A stretch of 64,000 nucleotides of DNA from a candidate division FCPU426 bacterium. GTDB taxonomy: Bacteria > Oederibacteriota > Muellerivitia > Muellerivitales > Muellerivitaceae. Each line of letters opens with the position of its first letter. Positions within the stretch are counted from its first letter, which is position 1. A model generated the notes under the pieces. The model did no database searches and was not told the DNA's origin. It saw only the letters and a program-made list of their open reading frames with translations. Shown piece after piece: positions 10,015 through 19,102 of this stretch. Made by a program: the position numbers and the translations under genes. The stretch is taken from contig CAVRAL010000001.1 of the NCBI GenBank assembly GCA_963719085.1, positions 1,056,001 through 1,120,000 on the forward strand. The letters are read 5' to 3'.

Positions 10015-12017
10015 GCAAAAAAGGGAAAATCATTTCGGTCATTGGGGCCCAACCCGCCACCGGCAATTCCACAATCGCCCTTATGCTCGGAAGATATCTC
10101 CTCTCACAAAAATCAGCGGCTTCCGTCTTTATTGACCCCGGTTCAACTCCGCCTTTGTTTTTCCCCTTTCAGCCGCCGACGGCTTCCGCCATCCGTTCTT
10201 TTCGCCAGCTCCTTCCTTACACCGATCAACTTGATCTCAAAACAATTGAAAATTTCTTCGCGTCCTCTCCTGAGGGCCTTCGATATGTCCCATTAACCGA
10301 ATCTCCGAATCCCAAACCAGACGGGAACGAAAGCCTTCGGTTGATAAAAACACTGCGGCCATTTTTCGACTATTTAATTGTGGATTGGGGATCCTCCTTG
10401 GGAGAAGCGCCCTTAGCGCTCCTCGAAATGAGCGATTTGATCCTTTTCACCTCGTCATTAGAAAACTCATCGGTAGCCGCCCTCCAGAAAGTCGAAAAAT
10501 CGCTGTTATCCCGCCACTTCCCTTTGCACACCTCAAAAGTCATCTTAAATCAAACCGCCGAAACCCAGCCTCACCTCAGCGATTTTACGAATTGGACAAG
10601 CGCCTTTTCATTCCTCGGAACGCTTCCTTTCCAGGGTGGAAACTTTAAAAAAACATTAGGCGGAAAAGAACCGGCGGCTTTTTTGAAAAATCAGGGCGCG
10701 GGCCCTCTTTTCAAAGCCGTCGAAACTTGCTTGGAATCAGGAATCCTTTTACCACTAGCGACCCCTACTTCTTCAGAGCATTTTGAACGGGTCCATCGAT
10801 TGCACCAAAAATTATTGGAAACGCTTCGAACTGGCGGGCATCTGGACTCATCCCCCAATGGCGGGATTCTAAAACGCGAGCTTTTGGAGCCCAAAGCCCG
10901 AGAAATTTTAGACCGACTTATTCAGGAATTCAAAATTCCAACCCGGGAACAAACCCAGACGCTCATGAACGAAACGATTGATCTTTGTTTCGGATTTGGT
11001 CCACTGGAACCGTTACTCCAAAGCGCCGAAATCACCGAAATAATGGTCAATGGCCCCGGCCACGTATTCGTCGAGAAGGAAGGCCGCCTGGAAAAGACGG
11101 ATATTCGCTTTATCAATGATCAACAATTATTGACAATCATTGAACGGATTTTGGCCCCCATTGGGCGCCGGATCGATGAAAGCCAGCCTTATGTGGATGG
11201 AAGACTCCCCGACGGGTCAAGAATCAACGCGGTCATCGCGCCATTAAGCCTCAGCGGACCCGTGTTAACCATCCGAAAGTTTTCCAAGCAAAAACTTCAA
11301 GCCGCCGACCTCGTCCGTTTCGGCTCCCTCACTCAAGAGGCCGCCGACTTTTTGAACGCTTGCGTGCGGGCCAGAAAAAACATTGTCGTTTCCGGGGGAA
11401 CCGGCTCCGGAAAAACCACCTTGCTCAATGTGCTTTCCACCTTTATCCCCGACGATGAAAGAATCGTGACCATCGAGGATTCCGCCGAACTTCAGCTGGC
11501 GCAAGCCCATGTGGTTCGACTCGAAGGCCGTCCCGCTAATCTCGAGGGAAAAGGGCAAGTCACTATCCGGGATTTGGTCATAAACGCTTTACGCATGCGC
11601 CCAGATCGGATCATTGTTGGCGAGGTTCGGGGAAGCGAGGCGCTCGACATGCTTCAAGCGATGAACACGGGGCACGACGGCTCTCTCACCACGGGCCACG
11701 CCAATTCGCCGCGAGACATGTTGGCTCGTTTGGAAACCATGTGCTTATTCACCGGATTAAGTCTTCCGCTTCGGGCCATCCGAGAACAAATCGCGCGGGC
11801 CGTGCACTTGGTCGTTCAGCAATCCAGGCTCCCCAACGGACGAAGAGCCGTCACCCGGATCACGGAAATCCAAGGCATGGAAGGCGATGTGATTCTTTTG
11901 CAGGACTTATTCGCGCGGGAAGACGGCGGGGGGTTGGTTCGAAAATCTTTTGCCCCTAAATTCATTCCCGATTTAGAGGCGCAAGGTTATCACTGGCCCG
12001 GACATACGGCCAAGTAG
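10011..12017 (+). CDS. cpaF: Fused CpaE/TadZ-like (MinD/ParA fold) and CpaF/TadA ATPase
   Basis: N-terminal [15 protein letters not shown]...FDYLIVD...VILNQ; C-terminal [43 protein letters not shown]. Confidence 0.92.
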   Translation: MSKKGKIISVIGAQPATGNSTIALMLGRYLLSQKSAASVFIDPGSTPPLFFPFQPPTASAIRSFRQLLPYTDQLDLKTIENFFASSPEGLRYVPLTESPNPKPDGNESLRLIKTLRPFFDYLIVDWGSSLGEAPLALLEMSDLILFTSSLENSSVAALQKVEKSLLSRHFPLHTSKVILNQTAETQPHLSDFTNWTSAFSFLGTLPFQGGNFKKTLGGKEPAAFLKNQGAGPLFKAVETCLESGILLPLATPTSSEHFERVHRLHQKLLETLRTGGHLDSSPNGGILKRELLEPKAREILDRLIQEFKIPTREQTQTLMNETIDLCFGFGPLEPLLQSAEITEIMVNGPGHVFVEKEGRLEKTDIRFINDQQLLTIIERILAPIGRRIDESQPYVDGRLPDGSRINAVIAPLSLSGPVLTIRKFSKQKLQAADLVRFGSLTQEAADFLNACVRARKNIVVSGGTGSGKTTLLNVLSTFIPDDERIVTIEDSAELQLAQAHVVRLEGRPANLEGKGQVTIRDLVINALRMRPDRIIVGEVRGSEALDMLQAMNTGHDGSLTTGHANSPRDMLARLETMCLFTGLSLPLRAIREQIARAVHLVVQQSRLPNGRRAVTRITEIQGMEGDVILLQDLFAREDGGGLVRKSFAPKFIPDLEAQGYHWPGHTAK

Positions 12018-12021
12018 CGCC

Positions 12022-12468
12022 CTATTTCTGCGGGGTCGACTGGATCTTCACTGAAAAGTTGGGCGAGGGGGCGTAAGACGTGTCCCCGACCGGCGTGATC
12101 TGGGCGATCTCGGCTTGGTACTTGGAGTAATCCGGACGCAAGGTCCTCACATCGGCGTCCATGGGGCCTTCGGGCGGGACCCAATCCCCCAAATAAGCCC
12201 GGCACAACCATTCTTTTTCCGCGGCCAAATCCACCCACTTGCTGTGGGGCGGCGTGTAGAATTCCTGCACTTCCTGGTAATCCCACATGGCTTCTTTGTA
12301 TTGTTTCTGTTGGTAAAGCGCCTCGCCCCGGTCGTAGGCGTTATGGGCCCGGCGAAGAAGCTCCAAATTGGCCATCCCATAGGCGATCGCGAGGGTCACC
12401 AGAATGGTCATTCCGGTTTTAAAACCTTCCCATTGGTAAAAAGGAATATCTTTTTTCGAGTCGGCCAA
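12022..12468 (-). CDS. Membrane-anchored TPR-like hypothetical protein
   Basis: Single TM then AYDRGEALYQQKQYKEAMWDY; GGAGG RBS; 13 nt downstream of pheS. Confidence 0.75.
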   Translation of the reverse strand: MADSKKDIPFYQWEGFKTGMTILVTLAIAYGMANLELLRRAHNAYDRGEALYQQKQYKEAMWDYQEVQEFYTPPHSKWVDLAAEKEWLCRAYLGDWVPPEGPMDADVRTLRPDYSKYQAEIAQITPVGDTSYAPSPNFSVKIQSTPQK

Positions 12469-12481
12469 GACAGCCCTCCGC

Positions 12482-13495
12482 CTAAAATTGGTTTAAAAAC
12501 CGAACGTCATTCTGGTAGAACAACCGGATATCGTCCACATGATACTTGGAAATGGCGATCCGTTCCACGCCCATTCCAAAGGCGAAACCGGTCCATTTTT
12601 CCGAATCAATTTTGCAATTCTCCAAGACATTGGGATCGATCATGCCGCATCCCATAATCTCAATCCACCCGGCGTGTTTGCAAACCGAACATCCTTTGCC
12701 CTCGCAAAAAGCGCAGGAAATATCCACCTCGGCGCTGGGCTCGGTAAAGGGGAAAAAACTGGGCCGAAAACGGGTCTTAATTTTAGGACCAAAAAACTTT
12801 TTCACAAAGGCATCCAGGGTTCCCTTTAGATGGCCAAAGTTAACTCCCTCATCCAATAAGAATCCGTCCACCTGGTGAAAGATATGATGATGGGTCGCGT
12901 CGATGGCTTCTTTACGGTAGACCCGGCCCGGCATAACGACTTTAAAGGGCGGCTTGGCGTTTTCCATCACCCGGACTTGGACCGGGGTTGTATGGGTGCG
13001 CATCAGGACTTCTTCCGTCAGGTAAAAGGTGTCGTGGGAATCACGGGCCGGATGGTCGGTCGGAAAATTTAAAGCCAGGAAGTTATAATAGTCGGTCTCA
13101 ACATCCGGTCCCTCAACAATATCAAAGCCAAACCCTTGGAATATCCCGCAAATTTCTTTTTGCACCAAGGTGAGGGGATGGAGTTTGCCAATCGGTTGGA
13201 TACGTCCCGGCAGGGTGGAGTCCCATCCCGGTATGGCCTTTTGGGATTCCTGTTCCTCGAAAGCTTCTTTTTTTTGATCCAGGAGCACGGTAATTTTGTT
13301 TTTGGCCTCGTTCAAGGCCTTGCCCATCTGGGGCTTTTCTTCCGCGGGAACCTTACCGAGTTCCTTCAAAAGGTTGGTCAATTCCCCGCTTTTACCCAAA
13401 AACCGCACACGGCAATCCTCGACCTCTTTAAGGCTCCCGGATTGGGCGGCCGCCGCTTCAGCGGCTTTTAAGATTTCCTGGATACGATCAATCAC
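12482..13495 (-). CDS. pheS: Phenylalanine--tRNA ligase alpha subunit
   Basis: GKLHP, HPARDSHDTFY, RTHTTPVQ, RFRPSFFPFTEPSAE, GFAFGMGVER. Confidence 0.98.
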   Translation of the reverse strand: MIDRIQEILKAAEAAAAQSGSLKEVEDCRVRFLGKSGELTNLLKELGKVPAEEKPQMGKALNEAKNKITVLLDQKKEAFEEQESQKAIPGWDSTLPGRIQPIGKLHPLTLVQKEICGIFQGFGFDIVEGPDVETDYYNFLALNFPTDHPARDSHDTFYLTEEVLMRTHTTPVQVRVMENAKPPFKVVMPGRVYRKEAIDATHHHIFHQVDGFLLDEGVNFGHLKGTLDAFVKKFFGPKIKTRFRPSFFPFTEPSAEVDISCAFCEGKGCSVCKHAGWIEIMGCGMIDPNVLENCKIDSEKWTGFAFGMGVERIAISKYHVDDIRLFYQNDVRFLNQF

Positions 13496-13552
13496 GACTC
13501 CACCTTGTTGATGATATTTTCACATCTCGCGTCCGCATTCCTCATCTAAAAC

Positions 13553-14119
13553 TCAATGGGATACAACGGGAGCAGATCCCAAAACAGTCGGATCTTCCAA
13601 AAGCTCCTTGAAAAACGCCTGGTTTGGCGCAGTAAAAGCCAGCTCAACATAACCATTCACGGCAACTATTTTAACCAAAACCTGTTTTCCGTTGATGATT
13701 TGTTGGAGCTGATCCAAAGTCAAGTCATAGTAAATTCCTGAAGTATTGGCGTTTCGGGCGAATTGGAGCAATTGCCCATCGACATTAATGATTAATGAAT
13801 AGCCATCTGCAACTTTAAACGGCTGATAATGCACAAGACGCATTTCGTATGTTCGAGCTCCGGTTTTGGAAACAGTTTCTTTCAATCCAAGATTAAAAAC
13901 ACAATTATAAATTGCTGGTATCGCTCCACCATTCGTCCAAGCCGTATCACATGGCGTGCATTTTTGGCCGTCCCAGTTGCTCAGACCATTTGTATCTGCT
14001 TCATAGGTGGTAGTCATTTCAACGGAATCTGGAACAACGTTTAATTCGTAATCGGTTATTTTAGTGGTCGCACAACCACAAAAGAAAACACAAAATATCA
14101 ATAAAAGAACAATTGGCAC
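13553..14119 (-). CDS. AT-rich hypothetical lipoprotein
   Basis: AGGAGG RBS, GTG start, lipobox FCGC; visibly AT-richer than its neighbours. Confidence 0.75.
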   Translation of the reverse strand: MPIVLLLIFCVFFCGCATTKITDYELNVVPDSVEMTTTYEADTNGLSNWDGQKCTPCDTAWTNGGAIPAIYNCVFNLGLKETVSKTGARTYEMRLVHYQPFKVADGYSLIINVDGQLLQFARNANTSGIYYDLTLDQLQQIINGKQVLVKIVAVNGYVELAFTAPNQAFFKELLEDPTVLGSAPVVSH

Positions 14120-14150
14120 ATAAGCCTCCTAAAACCGGATATCGACGACA

Positions 14151-14951
14151 CTATCCTTTTGGACGATTCGCCACCCAGAAAAGGGCCAAACTTCCCGCCA
14201 CTCCCGCGTTTAAAGATTCCGTCTTGCCCGCCATCGGAATCCCGACCCGCGCGTCACAGGCCGCCATCAATTCTTCCGACAGTCCCGCGCCTTCAGACCC
14301 CACCCAAAGGGCCACCTTGGCGGGCAAAGGAATTTCAAGCAAGGACGCTCCAGGATGGCTCGTCAGCGCTAGCGAATAAAACCCGTTGGCCTTCAGCCAC
14401 TCGATATGGGCGGTCCAAGGCATCTTGTCTTGAAATGGCAGACGGAAAAGGGCGCCCATGGTGGATCGAATCACTTTGGGATTGAAAACGTCGCAAGAAC
14501 CTTCGGTCAATAAAACCCCGCCGGCGCCGAAGGCCTCCGCGGAACGAAAAAGAGTCCCCAAATTTCCGGCGTCTTGAATCTGGTCCGCGCATAAAAGAAT
14601 CGCGGCGTCTTCTTTCGGCCATTGGCTTACGGGCTTTTGAACGACCGCCAACAAACCCTGCGGAGTCGTTGTATCGGAAACATATTGGATGATCTTGGGA
14701 TGGACCGGAACCCAACGGGCTTTTTGCTTGCGGCACTCAACTTGAAGCTTTTTTCCCAACTCGGTCTTTTCAGCGTCCGGGGTGGCGAAAACGTAGCGGA
14801 CATTCAAATTGCTGGCGAAGGCCTCTTCCACCAAATGAAAACCCTCGCAAAGAAAATCAAACGACTCTTTGATTTGCTTGGGTTTCTTTAAGGAATAGGC
14901 GTGCTTGACCATGGAGTTTTGCACGCTTTGAATGAGGGAAGATTCGCTCAT
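14151..14951 (-). CDS. TrmH/SpoU family RNA methyltransferase
   Basis: IQDAGNLGTLFRSAEAFG, GSEGAGL, IPMAGKTESLNAGVA. Confidence 0.95.
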   Translation of the reverse strand: MSESSLIQSVQNSMVKHAYSLKKPKQIKESFDFLCEGFHLVEEAFASNLNVRYVFATPDAEKTELGKKLQVECRKQKARWVPVHPKIIQYVSDTTTPQGLLAVVQKPVSQWPKEDAAILLCADQIQDAGNLGTLFRSAEAFGAGGVLLTEGSCDVFNPKVIRSTMGALFRLPFQDKMPWTAHIEWLKANGFYSLALTSHPGASLLEIPLPAKVALWVGSEGAGLSEELMAACDARVGIPMAGKTESLNAGVAGSLALFWVANRPKG

Positions 14952-14973
14952 GGATTAATCCCTGCCTCCGGGC

Positions 14974-15020
14974 AAAAAAACACCCCTTATCGTCTTGAAA
15001 GAGGATAAGGGGTGAAAAAA
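14974..15020 (-). terminator. Intrinsic terminator after rplT
   Basis: CACCCCTTATC...GATAAGGGGTG stem with a U tract on the minus strand. Confidence 0.8.
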
Positions 15021-15030
15021 ACGAGAAAGC

Positions 15031-15390
15031 TTAGGACTTTTTCGAACTCTTGGCCACTTGGACCAATTGCTCAAAAGCCTTGGTATCCGTCACGGCCAGG
15101 TCGGACAGGATCTTGCGGTCCAATTCCACCGAAGCCGTCTTCAACCCGTTCATGAACTGGCTGTAAGACATGCCGTGCTCGCGGACCGCCGCGTTGATGC
15201 GGGTGATCCACAACCGGCGGAACTCGCGCTTGCGGGCCTTGCGGTCCCTGAAAGCGTAATTCCCGGAACGCTTCGACGCTTCCCGCACCGTGCGGTACTG
15301 GCGGCTCTTGGCTCCGAAATAGCCCTTGGTCAGTTTAAAAAACTTCTTCTTCCGTTTTCTCTTCGCGACCGCTCTTTTAATACGTGCCAT
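15031..15390 (-). CDS. rplT: 50S ribosomal protein L20
   Basis: MARIKR...KGYFG...[11 protein letters not shown]...[10 protein letters not shown]. Confidence 0.99.
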   Translation of the reverse strand: MARIKRAVAKRKRKKKFFKLTKGYFGAKSRQYRTVREASKRSGNYAFRDRKARKREFRRLWITRINAAVREHGMSYSQFMNGLKTASVELDRKILSDLAVTDTKAFEQLVQVAKSSKKS

Positions 15391-15405
15391 GTTCTGTTCT
15401 CGCTC

Positions 15406-15606
15406 CTATATTCCCAGCATTCTTTTAACCGCCAGCTCCTGCGTTTTCTTCAAAAGAGGCTGGTCTTTCAAATGACGTTTCCGCTTGGGGGATTTGCTCC
15501 CCATCAAATGACTGCGGCCGGATTGCTTCTTGACCTTGATCTTCCCGGTGCCGGTCACTTTAAAGCGCTTCGCGACGCTTTTTTTACTCTTGAACTTTTT
15601 GGCCAT
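15406..15606 (-). CDS. rpmI: 50S ribosomal protein L35
   Basis: KSKKSVAKRFKVTGTGKIK...SHL; between infC and rplT. Confidence 0.97.
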   Translation of the reverse strand: MAKKFKSKKSVAKRFKVTGTGKIKVKKQSGRSHLMGSKSPKRKRHLKDQPLLKKTQELAVKRMLGI

Positions 15607-16171
15607 TTTCGGCGTCCTTTTCCTTTGCAGGTGTAGTTTCCTTCCCAGCGGGCCGATTCGGCTTCGGGGAAAAGACTGCGACAATCTGGTTGCCTTCATC
15701 CTTGGGCGGCGCTTCCAAATCGGAGAACTCGCTCATGTCGGCGACGATCCGGTTCATCAGCTGCTTGCCCAAATCCTTGTGGCTCAACTCACGGCCGCGG
15801 AACATCAAGGTGCATTTCACCTTGTCCCCGTGCTCAAAAAAGCTCCAAGCCATCCGCAGCTTGGTCTGATAGTCATGCTCGTCAATCTTCGGGCGCATCT
15901 TGAGTTCTTTAACCTTGATGACCCGCTGTTTTTTAGAGGCTTCTTTTTCCTTCTTGCGCTGGGCGTACTTAAACTTTCCGTAATTCAGGATGCGGCAAAC
16001 CGGCGGCACGCCCTCCGGGGCGACTTCCACGAGATCCAAGTTCCGTTCTTCGGCCATAGCGAGCGCCTTGCTCAGTTCAACGATGCCTAATTGTTCTCCA
16101 GCGTCCCCCACCAACCGGATTTGACGCGCCCGGATTTGATGGTTGATCCTTAATTCTTTTGAGGGCGAAAT
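15584..16171 (-). CDS. infC: Translation initiation factor IF-3 (ATT start)
   Basis: GGAGG-N9-ATT in frame; RINHQIRARQIRLV, LDLVEVAP, PPVCRILNYGKFKY, KELKMRPKIDEHDY. Confidence 0.96.
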   Translation of the reverse strand: MSPSKELRINHQIRARQIRLVGDAGEQLGIVELSKALAMAEERNLDLVEVAPEGVPPVCRILNYGKFKYAQRKKEKEASKKQRVIKVKELKMRPKIDEHDYQTKLRMAWSFFEHGDKVKCTLMFRGRELSHKDLGKQLMNRIVADMSEFSDLEAPPKDEGNQIVAVFSPKPNRPAGKETTPAKEKDAENGQKVQE

Positions 16172-16201
16172 AAGTGCTTACCTCCGAATAAGATTGGGTC
16201 C

Positions 16202-16325
16202 AAAAAAAAAGGACGAACCCGTGGGTCCGCCCAAAAAAGTAGGTCGCCATTAACAGCCCAATGGAAAAACCGTAACCCGTTCGCGCCCGAAGGGCTTAGG
16301 GTGAGGGGCGGACGCCCCTGCTTGA
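16202..16325 (-). ncRNA. L20 ribosomal protein leader (attenuator type)
   Basis: AAGCAGGGGCGTCCGCCCCTCACC 5' element; terminator GGGCGGACCCACGGGTTCGTCC-U9; GTCCGCCC can pair with GGGCGGAC as an antiterminator; upstream of infC-rpmI-rplT. Confidence 0.8.
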
Positions 16326-16332
16326 GCTGATA

Positions 16333-16361
16333 ATGTTAATCGTAATGGGATTGGTTGTCAA
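16333..16361 (-). promoter_or_regulatory. Sigma70 promoter for infC operon
   Basis: TTGACA-N17-TAACAT immediately before the leader. Confidence 0.75.
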
Positions 16362-16429
16362 AGCCTATTTGGACGCCAAAACGCCGATGAAACGGGGTCG
16401 ATACTGTCGCCCTGGCTTCAGCCCAATCT

Positions 16430-17233
16430 TCAAGTTAGGCCGGGGTCTCTCATTTTTTTCAGGCTCGGCCAAGCCGAGCCCTCCATAGGATGAATGTCTT
16501 TAACCTGTGAATAATTATCCAGTCCTACGCCTTTCCAGAATTCAAAATATTTATCGGTATCAAAATCATTCGCATGGCTCCAATTTTTAAGTTTGATCCT
16601 CATCTCCTCCGGGGTACGTCCATAAGCGAAATGCAGGAGACGGAGGGGAGAGACTTTCTTGTTCTGGCCCGTGTGTCTCGCGCCGATGTATCCTCCCCGG
16701 AGTCTGGTGCCAACCGGATGATGATGGTTCTCCTTGTCCACTACCAACAACTCATTTCCGATTTTTTTGTAAACAAGGATCCAATGGGCGAGAATCATCC
16801 CGGAACCGTTCCCTGAGTCAATCCACTCTTTAAATTCCTCGGGATTCAGCAGGATTTCGTCGGAATCGATTTGAATGATCCAATTGCCTTTTTGGCACAA
16901 TCCGGAAAGGTAGTTCCGTTCGTGGGTTTCGCAGGCCATGGGATCAGGAGCTGAATGAAAATCCTCCTCAACAACCCGTATCTTGCCCTCGGGGTCGAGT
17001 CGCCGAATCATCGATTGGAATTCCACGGTATCGAACTCGAATGGCTTTTTGGTGAAAGAGATCCTGTCTCGATCCAAGCCCAGAATAATCTCGTCGGCAA
17101 TGGAATAAAGAGACTTGATGACTGGAGGTAAATACTTGTAATCATAGGCAACCAACACCACAAAGCTTAAAGGCGCGACACCTTTTTGAGGATGTCCCAA
17201 CCATTTCAACCAAAGTTTAAGTTTCACCGCCAC
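16430..17233 (-). CDS. GT-A fold (GT2-like) glycosyltransferase
   Basis: SIADEIIL, ERNY, WIIQIDSDE (DxD), LLHFAY. Confidence 0.7.
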   Translation of the reverse strand: MAVKLKLWLKWLGHPQKGVAPLSFVVLVAYDYKYLPPVIKSLYSIADEIILGLDRDRISFTKKPFEFDTVEFQSMIRRLDPEGKIRVVEEDFHSAPDPMACETHERNYLSGLCQKGNWIIQIDSDEILLNPEEFKEWIDSGNGSGMILAHWILVYKKIGNELLVVDKENHHHPVGTRLRGGYIGARHTGQNKKVSPLRLLHFAYGRTPEEMRIKLKNWSHANDFDTDKYFEFWKGVGLDNYSQVKDIHPMEGSAWPSLKKMRDPGLT

Positions 17234-17327
17234 CTCCTTGCACCCAATGGGAAAGACTCAAGAACTAGTTCCATTTGAATTAGGCTCCAAAAGAAACTTT
17301 GAAACGCGCAATATAAATCAACGGGAC

Positions 17328-17852
17328 TCAAGCGAAATTATGCCAGATCAACATATGAATCGCGATATATAGGAACAGGGCCATCTCAATCCCCGCCGCG
17401 ATCAATAGCAGTCGGCGCGGTTGTTTGAACTTGGTGATAAAGGAGAAGAAGACAAACCCGAAACCTAAAACAACAGTCCCAAATACTCGAAGCAGCGCGA
17501 AAAACGAGAAAAACACCCACAAAGAATGGGTATTCATACATAAAATCCTGACCGCTAGCATATACCCCTCAGCCAACGGCCCAGTTAAGGCCAACCCGAT
17601 CGCGAAGATTGAGAATAAGTTCCAAAACTTTTCATTGGACCGCAGGAAAAAAAGAGCCAAGGCTACCGGAAAGATCGATAAAAAAGTAAAGGCCCCGATG
17701 AAAAGGATCATTTCTCCGCCCGCCACCATCCCACCGGATTGGGCATTAAACTGTGAGGTGGCCAAATCATCCAAATAAGCCGCCAAGCAAGCACCGGCAA
17801 AGGCCAAAATAAACCCCGCTATAACTAAACCGATTTTCGTCATTGTTTTCAT
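17328..17852 (-). CDS. Hypothetical multi-pass membrane protein
   Basis: About five hydrophobic segments; AT-rich. Confidence 0.75.
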   Translation of the reverse strand: MKTMTKIGLVIAGFILAFAGACLAAYLDDLATSQFNAQSGGMVAGGEMILFIGAFTFLSIFPVALALFFLRSNEKFWNLFSIFAIGLALTGPLAEGYMLAVRILCMNTHSLWVFFSFFALLRVFGTVVLGFGFVFFSFITKFKQPRRLLLIAAGIEMALFLYIAIHMLIWHNFA

Positions 17853-17885
17853 TGGAGCCTCATCTCGAACGATTGTTGATCTTCT

Positions 17886-18197
17886 CTATTTTTGTTTAAC
17901 CCGGCCAAACACAATCGCCAATTGAACCCCGATCAATAGCAACCCCAACCCGACAGCCCCAGCCTGCGCCAACTGCCGGATGTCAAAATCTCCGACCCTG
18001 AAAATCAAAAAGTAAGCAATCAATAAATTAAAAAGCCCCCAAAGAACATTAGACAAAGGCGAGGACAATCCTTTTCCAGGCGGTTTGCCAAAAGGCGACG
18101 GAAACTTTCGTCCGGAAACGCCATTAACGAAATGAGGAACAAAATTACCCAGAAAAGCCCCACCAAAGAAGTAAGCAACATAAACATACCATTCCAT
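17886..18197 (-). CDS. Small conserved-type membrane protein
   Basis: GAGGAGGAG RBS; FFGGAFLGNFVPHFVNGVSG..FPSPF..PPGKGLSSP..NVLWG. Confidence 0.8.
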   Translation of the reverse strand: MEWYVYVAYFFGGAFLGNFVPHFVNGVSGRKFPSPFGKPPGKGLSSPLSNVLWGLFNLLIAYFLIFRVGDFDIRQLAQAGAVGLGLLLIGVQLAIVFGRVKQK

Positions 18198-18278
18198 AGT
18201 CTCCTCCTCAGTTTTCCGATTAGTTGAGTCTATCAAACGATTCGCGAACCATTCGACAAGCGGGCAGATCATCAAAGC

Positions 18279-18455
18279 TTAAGGTTTATAGACAAGCATC
18301 GCCTTGATGTACATGGCGATCGCTCCGACAATCCAGCCCGCGAAAAATATAGCGACTAGCTTGGTTTTTTCTTTACCACCCTTGAGCCAAAATAGGCCCA
18401 GAACGACAGCCATAACGATGGCCACCGCGATCCCCCAACTTACGAATGGATTCAT
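18279..18455 (-). CDS. 58-aa two-TM membrane protein (below the ORF track cutoff)
   Basis: Manual translation MNPFVSWGIAVAIVMAVVLGLFWLKGGKEKTKLVAIFFAGWIVGAIAMYIKAMLVYKP; GGAG upstream. Confidence 0.65.
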   Translation of the reverse strand: MNPFVSWGIAVAIVMAVVLGLFWLKGGKEKTKLVAIFFAGWIVGAIAMYIKAMLVYKP

Positions 18456-18562
18456 AATGTAAGCTCCGATTTTCGAACACGACGTGTCCCTATTCCGTAC
18501 GATTTGCGAACCGTTAGATTCAAGATACGTAGATAGAAACAGTCAGTTAAAAATCACCCGGG

Positions 18563-19102
18563 TTAACTGACCCTTGAAAATGGCGAATCTTTCGGATTCA
18601 CCAAATGCTTTAAAAACCTTACGCAAAGGAACATATTCATCAGAAAACCAAATACAATTGCGAAGCTAAAAACGAGGGGCGCTATTTCAATAAACGCCCA
18701 TGTCCTTAAATTAATTTTGTTTGTGGAAAATATAGTCATAAAACCAAAAAATAATGAAAAAACAATGAAGAAAATTAAAATTGAAAATAAAATCCTCATT
18801 CCGGCCCCATCTTTGGTCTGAATAACGAATTCAGGTTTGTCCAAAGTACTTTCGACCCTCCCCATCATTTCGATTTTTTGTTGGTAACCCGAGCCCCCAT
18901 ATCTTCGATTGGTATAAGACCATCGGCTTAAAATAAAATTGTCTTTATCTTTCCAAAAAAGTCCATAACGTGCAGGAAGAGGACCAAACAGCTGTTCCTT
19001 TAATGAGATGACGTCAGGAATATCCATTTTTTCATGTTCCTTGAAGATTTTGCGACATTCCGCAAGATCGATGCTTGAATTAATCCTGAACTTTAGTGGC
19101 AT
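18563..19102 (-). CDS. Hypothetical membrane protein
   Basis: Soluble N-terminus plus two C-terminal TMs; strongly AT-rich. Confidence 0.7.
   Translation of the reverse strand: MPLKFRINSSIDLAECRKIFKEHEKMDIPDVISLKEQLFGPLPARYGLFWKDKDNFILSRWSYTNRRYGGSGYQQKIEMMGRVESTLDKPEFVIQTKDGAGMRILFSILIFFIVFSLFFGFMTIFSTNKINLRTWAFIEIAPLVFSFAIVFGFLMNMFLCVRFLKHLVNPKDSPFSRVS

Noticed and set aside
13496..13552. T-box or pheM leader for pheS (and a T-box for thrS)
   Set aside because: The intergenic spaces are too short and lack the T-box sequence or a Phe-rich peptide.
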